64,000 nt of DNA. Origin: an uncultured Chloroflexia bacterium. GTDB taxonomy: Bacteria; Chloroflexota; Limnocylindria; Limnocylindrales; CSP1-4. The stretch spans positions 731,843-795,842 of the forward strand of contig CAVRZZ010000003.1 of the NCBI GenBank assembly GCA_963725875.1, written 5' to 3'. The position numbers and the translations under genes were made by a program. Below, piece after piece: positions 60,210-64,000 of this stretch; position 1 is the stretch's first letter, and each line of letters opens with the position of its first letter. The notes under the pieces are model-generated. The model did not search any database, was not told where the DNA came from, and was given only the letters and a program-made list of their open reading frames with translations.

Positions 60210-60462
60210 TCCGCTGACCCGGCTCGAGGCTCGGCACCACCAGCCACCCCTCCGCTCGCCCCCGATAGTTCAGCTGCTCAGTGGTGAGGCCGGAGCGTGC
60301 CCGCAGGTCCGCCAGATGGCGCTTCGCAGTGCTCGGCCGGATGCCCACGACCTCGGCCGCGTCAGCAACGGAACCTCCAGCAGCTACGAACCCTGCGACG
60401 ACGTCGACCTGGCGTACGGTCGGCGCCCGCGGGAGCGAGCCTCGCAGATACCCGTCTCTCAT
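60148..60462 (-). CDS. small (~104 aa) LuxR/GerE-type HTH regulator, paralogue family member (intact)
   Basis: …TVRQVDVVAGFVAAGGSVADAAEVVGIRPSTAKRHLADLRARSGLTTEQL. Confidence 0.6.
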   Translation of the reverse strand: MRDGYLRGSLPRAPTVRQVDVVAGFVAAGGSVADAAEVVGIRPSTAKRHLADLRARSGLTTEQLNYRGRAEGWLVVPSLEPGQRIRTVPQARGRCEGVMSTRPG

Positions 60463-60769
60463 GGAGCCACGGTCTGTGAAGGCCGGGCGGCGGCGGTCAG
60501 ATTCGTCCGCACGCGGGCTGTGAGTATCGGGGCCAGCGGCCCGTTGGGACGAGCAGCACTATTCCGGCGTGCGGGTGACCGGCCGGCAGAGATCGCCGGC
60601 AGCAGCCGCGTTGCCGTCGAGTTGCCGATTAGCCAAGACTTCCAGCTACCGTCGGCCAGAACCGACCCCGGGTCTACCGTCGTCCTGGGGCTATCCGGTG
60701 TCGACCGGGTTGCCCACCACTCGGCCGCGATCTAGACTAGCGTCGCGCGTGCTGTAGGGGGGAGGCAGT

Positions 60770-60939
60770 ATGGATGTCGGCGTGACGGCCATCCGGCCCG
60801 AAAGCCAACCTGTCCTCCGCGACTCGAAGGTGGTCCCCCTCGATCTCGTGACGCCCGAATCGGCCCGCAACGCTGGTGGCGCGTCTGGCCCAGCCGGGAT
60901 TCCCGACAGAGAGCCCCACTCTTCCATGAAGTCGGGCTG
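60770..60939 (+). CDS. 56-codon leader ORF with a strong RBS; possibly the true 5' end of the downstream giant gene, separated by a frameshift
   Basis: gggggaggcagt-ATG… encodes MDVGVTAIRPESQPVLRDSKVVPLDLVTPESARNAGGASGPAGIPDREPHSSMKSG*. Its TGA lies 4 nt before the GTG of the large ORF. Confidence 0.25.
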
Positions 60940-60942
60940 AGG

Positions 60943-63900
60943 GTGAGCGCCCCATACTTCGTTCCCGCGGCCGACCTGCTGCCGTACTGGCCCCATGACC
61001 TGCTCGCCCCGAGCGACGTGCCTATGCTCGGACGGCTCAGCCAGTTCGCCGGCGTCACCGAGTTCGAGCTCGTCGAGTACGAGAGCGAGCTCGCGGTCGT
61101 CGGCACGCTGGCGCTCTGGGACGAGCTGACCCTCGATCTGCCGCTGGTCGATGGCCTCCAACTCGTCTTCGGCCAGCCCGGGCCGAACCTCAGCGCCCTG
61201 CCCTTCGAGCTCGACTTCGGGCCGCCGTCGGGCGGGCCCACCGACAGTGCCGCCGAGATCGCGCTCGATCTGTTCTTGAAGGGCCGCCAGGGTCCGTACG
61301 AGCTCGTCCTGCCGACCGTCGACATCGGCCTCCGCTTCAACCCCGACGACGTCAGGCCGATGCGGCCAAAGGACGCCGCCGACCTCGCAAAGGGCTTCGA
61401 GCCCGATCCCACGAGGACCGCCACGCAGCTCAACTTCCGGGCTGCGATCGCCATAAACACCGATACCGGCATTCGGATGGAAGCGCCGGGCGACCTGGAC
61501 CTGCTTTACAGCCAGATTGGCTCGACGGGGATCGTGTTCTCCGGCCAGGACATCGTCCTGCGCCTGTCGGACGCCCAGCCACAGCCCGAGGGCATCGACC
61601 CCGCGGCCTTCGACCTCGATGACGACTGGAAGGGCGTCTACCTCGGGCACGTCCAGGTCTTCAATCTCAACACCCTGGTCGAGTGGCTGCCCGAACGCCT
61701 CGACCTCGAGAAGTGGTTCATAGGCCGGGGCGGCGTGACCGGCAAGGCGACCGCCATCCTCGACCTCCAGCCGGACATGTCCGACCAGGACTTCGCAGTC
61801 CGGGCGTTCCGCCTCGCACTCCGCCAGAACGCGCTGCTCGAGTCCCTCATCCAGCTCGCTGTCAAGCTGCCGTACTTCGACGACAAGGTCGTCTACCTCG
61901 ACCTCGCCATCACGAACGAGCCCAGCCTCGACTTCCCGGAGTCGATGGGCTTCATGGGCGCCATCGCCGGCGTCCAGCCGCCGGGCGACCTCGAGGACGA
62001 GCCGCCGAGGCAGGACGAGCTGATCGCGCTGCCGGCGGACCCATTCCTGCGGGTCGGTGTCACGAAGCTCGGCGTGCGGGCCGAGCCCGATCCCGGCCGG
62101 GCCGGCTCCGACTACCCGGCCGACACGCGTTTCTGGGACCTGCTGATCGACGGCCGGGTGGAGATCGGCCCCGCGGCGCAGGTCGCGAACACGTTGTTCG
62201 GCGGGGAGTTCACGGAGCTTGTCCTCCAGGTCGCACCGGATTTCGACTACGCGCTGCCGAGCGGCCTGTGGCTCGCCCTCAACGAGGCGGCCCGGACCAG
62301 GCTTGCCGCGTTCCCGCTCCAGATCTCGCGCTTCGGGCTGGGCGAGCAGGGTCCCGAGAAGTGGGTGGGCCTCGACGCCTCGGTCGACCTCGGCAGGAGC
62401 ATCGGAGCGGCCGCGTCGGTCCAGGGCCTGCGCATCTTCTACGGCGGCCCGCCCGGGGTCCACCTCACGTTCGACGGCATCGAGCTCAAGGTCTTCCGGG
62501 AAGGCTTCGCCTTCGAGGGCTTCGTCTCGATGGTGAGCGGCGTCGACCCCGAGGGTATCGCCGATCCGGCCGACCGGACCTTCCGGGGCGATGTGAAGCT
62601 CGCGATCGCGAGCGGCGTCGGCGTCGAGCTCGAAGGCACTGTGCTGTTCGGGACGAAGGGCGGCATGCGGTTCGGCTACGTCGGGCTCGACGCCGAGTTT
62701 GGCGGCGGAATCCCGATCTTCTCCACCGTGTCCTGGTTCGGGGCGGCGTTGCTCGCCGGCGTCAACGTCACGCCGGACAAGACCCTCGCCGGCAACCATG
62801 GCGACGACTTCAACTGGTACCAGCACTGGTACGCTCCGGCGCCCGGTCCGTACTCCGTGCTCAACGCGCGCAAGTGGATCCCGAGGGAGGACGCCTGGGC
62901 GGCGGGTGCCGGCGTCACCGTCGGGTCGAGCGACGGCAAGGCCTGGAGCCTCCGAGCGCTGCTGGCCCTCGTCGCCCCGGGCCCGGTGATCATCATCGAG
63001 GGCCGCCTCCGCGTGCTGAAGACCCGCGAACCGCACAAGGGCCCGCCGCGGTCGACGACGATCCGGGGCCTCACCGTCCTCGATTTCGACCAGGGCGACT
63101 TCCTGCTGGCCCTGGAGGTCGACTACAAGCTCCCGGAATCAGGGCTGCTGCTCGACGTTCATGCGGCCGGCGAGGTGTTCTACGGCCACCGGCCGGGCGA
63201 CTGGCACCTGGCGGTCGGTTGGCCCGAGCCCATCAGCCGGCGCGTCCGGGCGAAGGCCCTGCGCCTGCTCGACTGGGACGCCTACCTCGTCATTACCGGT
63301 CGGGACCTCGAGCTTGCCGAGCGGACGTTCCCCGGCACGGCGCTCGCCGTCGGCTACCGGACCGGCATCGACAAGCGCGGCAAGTGGGGACCGGTCCGCG
63401 GCGTGCTCATCGTCTGGATCGCCGGCGACGTCGCGATGTCGTTCAGCCCGTTCTACATCCTCGCCGAGCTGTCGCTCCACGGCGAGGCGAGCGTCAAGAT
63501 CTTCGGCATCGGCTTCGAGCTCATGCTCGACGCGCTGCTCGCGCTCGAGGCGCCGGTCGGCGACGACGACGAGTACTTCGGCGGCAAGGTCAAGATCAAG
63601 GTGGGGCTGCCGTGGCCGCTGCCGGACGTCAAGAAGGACATCCCGTTCGAGTGGGGCGATGCCACCGGGATGCCGCCGCCGATCACGCCGCTCGTCGACG
63701 GCGCGTCGGTCAGCCCGGGCTACAGCGTGGTGGGGGCGCGGCTGTACGAGCGCGAGACCGGGTCCGTCGCGAGCGTGTCCATGCCGCTCGACGGCCGGGT
63801 GGCGATTACCTTCCAGCGCCCGATGCGGTCCACCTGGGCGGGAGCGCCGACGCCGGTCGACCTGGCCCATCCGGACCGCGTCGGCGACGTCTACTACCGC

Positions 63901-64000
63901 TACACGCTGCTCGCCGTCCGCGTGCGGGTCACGCCTGCCGGCGGCTCGCCCCACGACGCCACCGAGGACCTCTTCGGCCAGTGGATGCTGGGCCACGGCG
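60943..64000 (+). CDS. very large hypothetical protein (more than 1,018 aa, 3' end outside the window); not in the supplied ORF track because it has no in-window stop
   Basis: Continuous open frame with realistic composition and codon usage. Example segment: …VSAPYFVPAADLLPYWPHDLLAPSDVPMLGRLSQFAGVTEFELVEYESELAVVGTLALWDELTLDLPLVDGLQLVFGQPGPNLSALPFELDFGPPSGGPTDSAAEIALDLFLKGRQGPYELVLPTVDIGLRFNPDD… and onward. The antisense ORF 60691..63036 is a GC artefact. Confidence 0.6.
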   Translation, partial: MSAPYFVPAADLLPYWPHDLLAPSDVPMLGRLSQFAGVTEFELVEYESELAVVGTLALWDELTLDLPLVDGLQLVFGQPGPNLSALPFELDFGPPSGGPTDSAAEIALDLFLKGRQGPYELVLPTVDIGLRFNPDDVRPMRPKDAADLAKGFEPDPTRTATQLNFRAAIAINTDTGIRMEAPGDLDLLYSQIGSTGIVFSGQDIVLRLSDAQPQPEGIDPAAFDLDDDWKGVYLGHVQVFNLNTLVEWLPERLDLEKWFIGRGGVTGKATAILDLQPDMSDQDFAVRAFRLALRQNALLESLIQLAVKLPYFDDKVVYLDLAITNEPSLDFPESMGFMGAIAGVQPPGDLEDEPPRQDELIALPADPFLRVGVTKLGVRAEPDPGRAGSDYPADTRFWDLLIDGRVEIGPAAQVANTLFGGEFTELVLQVAPDFDYALPSGLWLALNEAARTRLAAFPLQISRFGLGEQGPEKWVGLDASVDLGRSIGAAASVQGLRIFYGGPPGVHLTFDGIELKVFREGFAFEGFVSMVSGVDPEGIADPADRTFRGDVKLAIASGVGVELEGTVLFGTKGGMRFGYVGLDAEFGGGIPIFSTVSWFGAALLAGVNVTPDKTLAGNHGDDFNWYQHWYAPAPGPYSVLNARKWIPREDAWAAGAGVTVGSSDGKAWSLRALLALVAPGPVIIIEGRLRVLKTREPHKGPPRSTTIRGLTVLDFDQGDFLLALEVDYKLPESGLLLDVHAAGEVFYGHRPGDWHLAVGWPEPISRRVRAKALRLLDWDAYLVITGRDLELAERTFPGTALAVGYRTGIDKRGKWGPVRGVLIVWIAGDVAMSFSPFYILAELSLHGEASVKIFGIGFELMLDALLALEAPVGDDDEYFGGKVKIKVGLPWPLPDVKKDIPFEWGDATGMPPPITPLVDGASVSPGYSVVGARLYERETGSVASVSMPLDGRVAITFQRPMRSTWAGAPTPVDLAHPDRVGDVYYRYTLLAVRVRVTPAGGSPHDATEDLFGQWMLGHG

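Overview
This is a very GC-rich (about 70% by eye) actinobacterial-type chromosomal segment. Because of the GC content, nearly every long ORF has an equally long, Arg/Pro/Gly-rich artefact ORF on the opposite strand or in another frame. The calls below rest on recognisable protein motifs and realistic amino-acid composition, not on ORF length.

The first ~32 kb is mostly housekeeping and envelope functions:
- a 5'-truncated PLP-dependent decarboxylase;
- the pyrR-pyrB-pyrC operon with a PyrR-box-like leader;
- an ECF sigma factor with a zinc anti-sigma factor carrying a PD40 beta-propeller;
- a lipB gene translationally coupled to a GalT-like HIT gene;
- a 1,246-aa secreted three-domain phosphoesterase behind an 18-bp palindrome;
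- an NmrA-SRPBCC fusion protein, DoxX, and two glycosyltransferases that both appear frameshifted;
- an Mth938-like protein, an M24 peptidase, a YghZ-type aldo-keto reductase, an MFS transporter, CorA, a pentapeptide-repeat protein and an Lpd-like flavoprotein.

From ~32 kb onward the window looks accessory and decaying:
- several gene fragments and frameshifted genes, including two remnants with in-frame internal deletions (an SDR and a DAO-type oxidase);
- a degraded Phd/VapC pair and an intact vapBC module;
- an AbiEi-like gene whose 5' end is unusually AT-rich;
- an IS21-family istB remnant with flanking direct repeats;
- a family of small LuxR-type HTH paralogues (two intact, two fragmentary);
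- a second ECF sigma factor with a Kelch-propeller anti-sigma factor;
- a cyclase-ATPase-TPR STAND-like protein and a DUF4143 ATPase.

Two repeat families that I cannot match to any known class stand out:
- three ~330-bp copies of a highly structured element, about 7 kb apart at 45.06, 52.34 and 59.08 kb, showing compensatory substitutions;
- four ~80-nt elements, each sitting in the 5' leader of consecutive plus-strand small genes between 37.0 and 38.9 kb, with a MIRU-like arrangement.

A large ORF of more than 1,000 aa (60.9 kb to the window end) is missing from the ORF track because it has no in-window stop. It is preceded by a strong-RBS mini-ORF in another frame.

I found no rRNA, no convincing tRNA and no CRISPR array.
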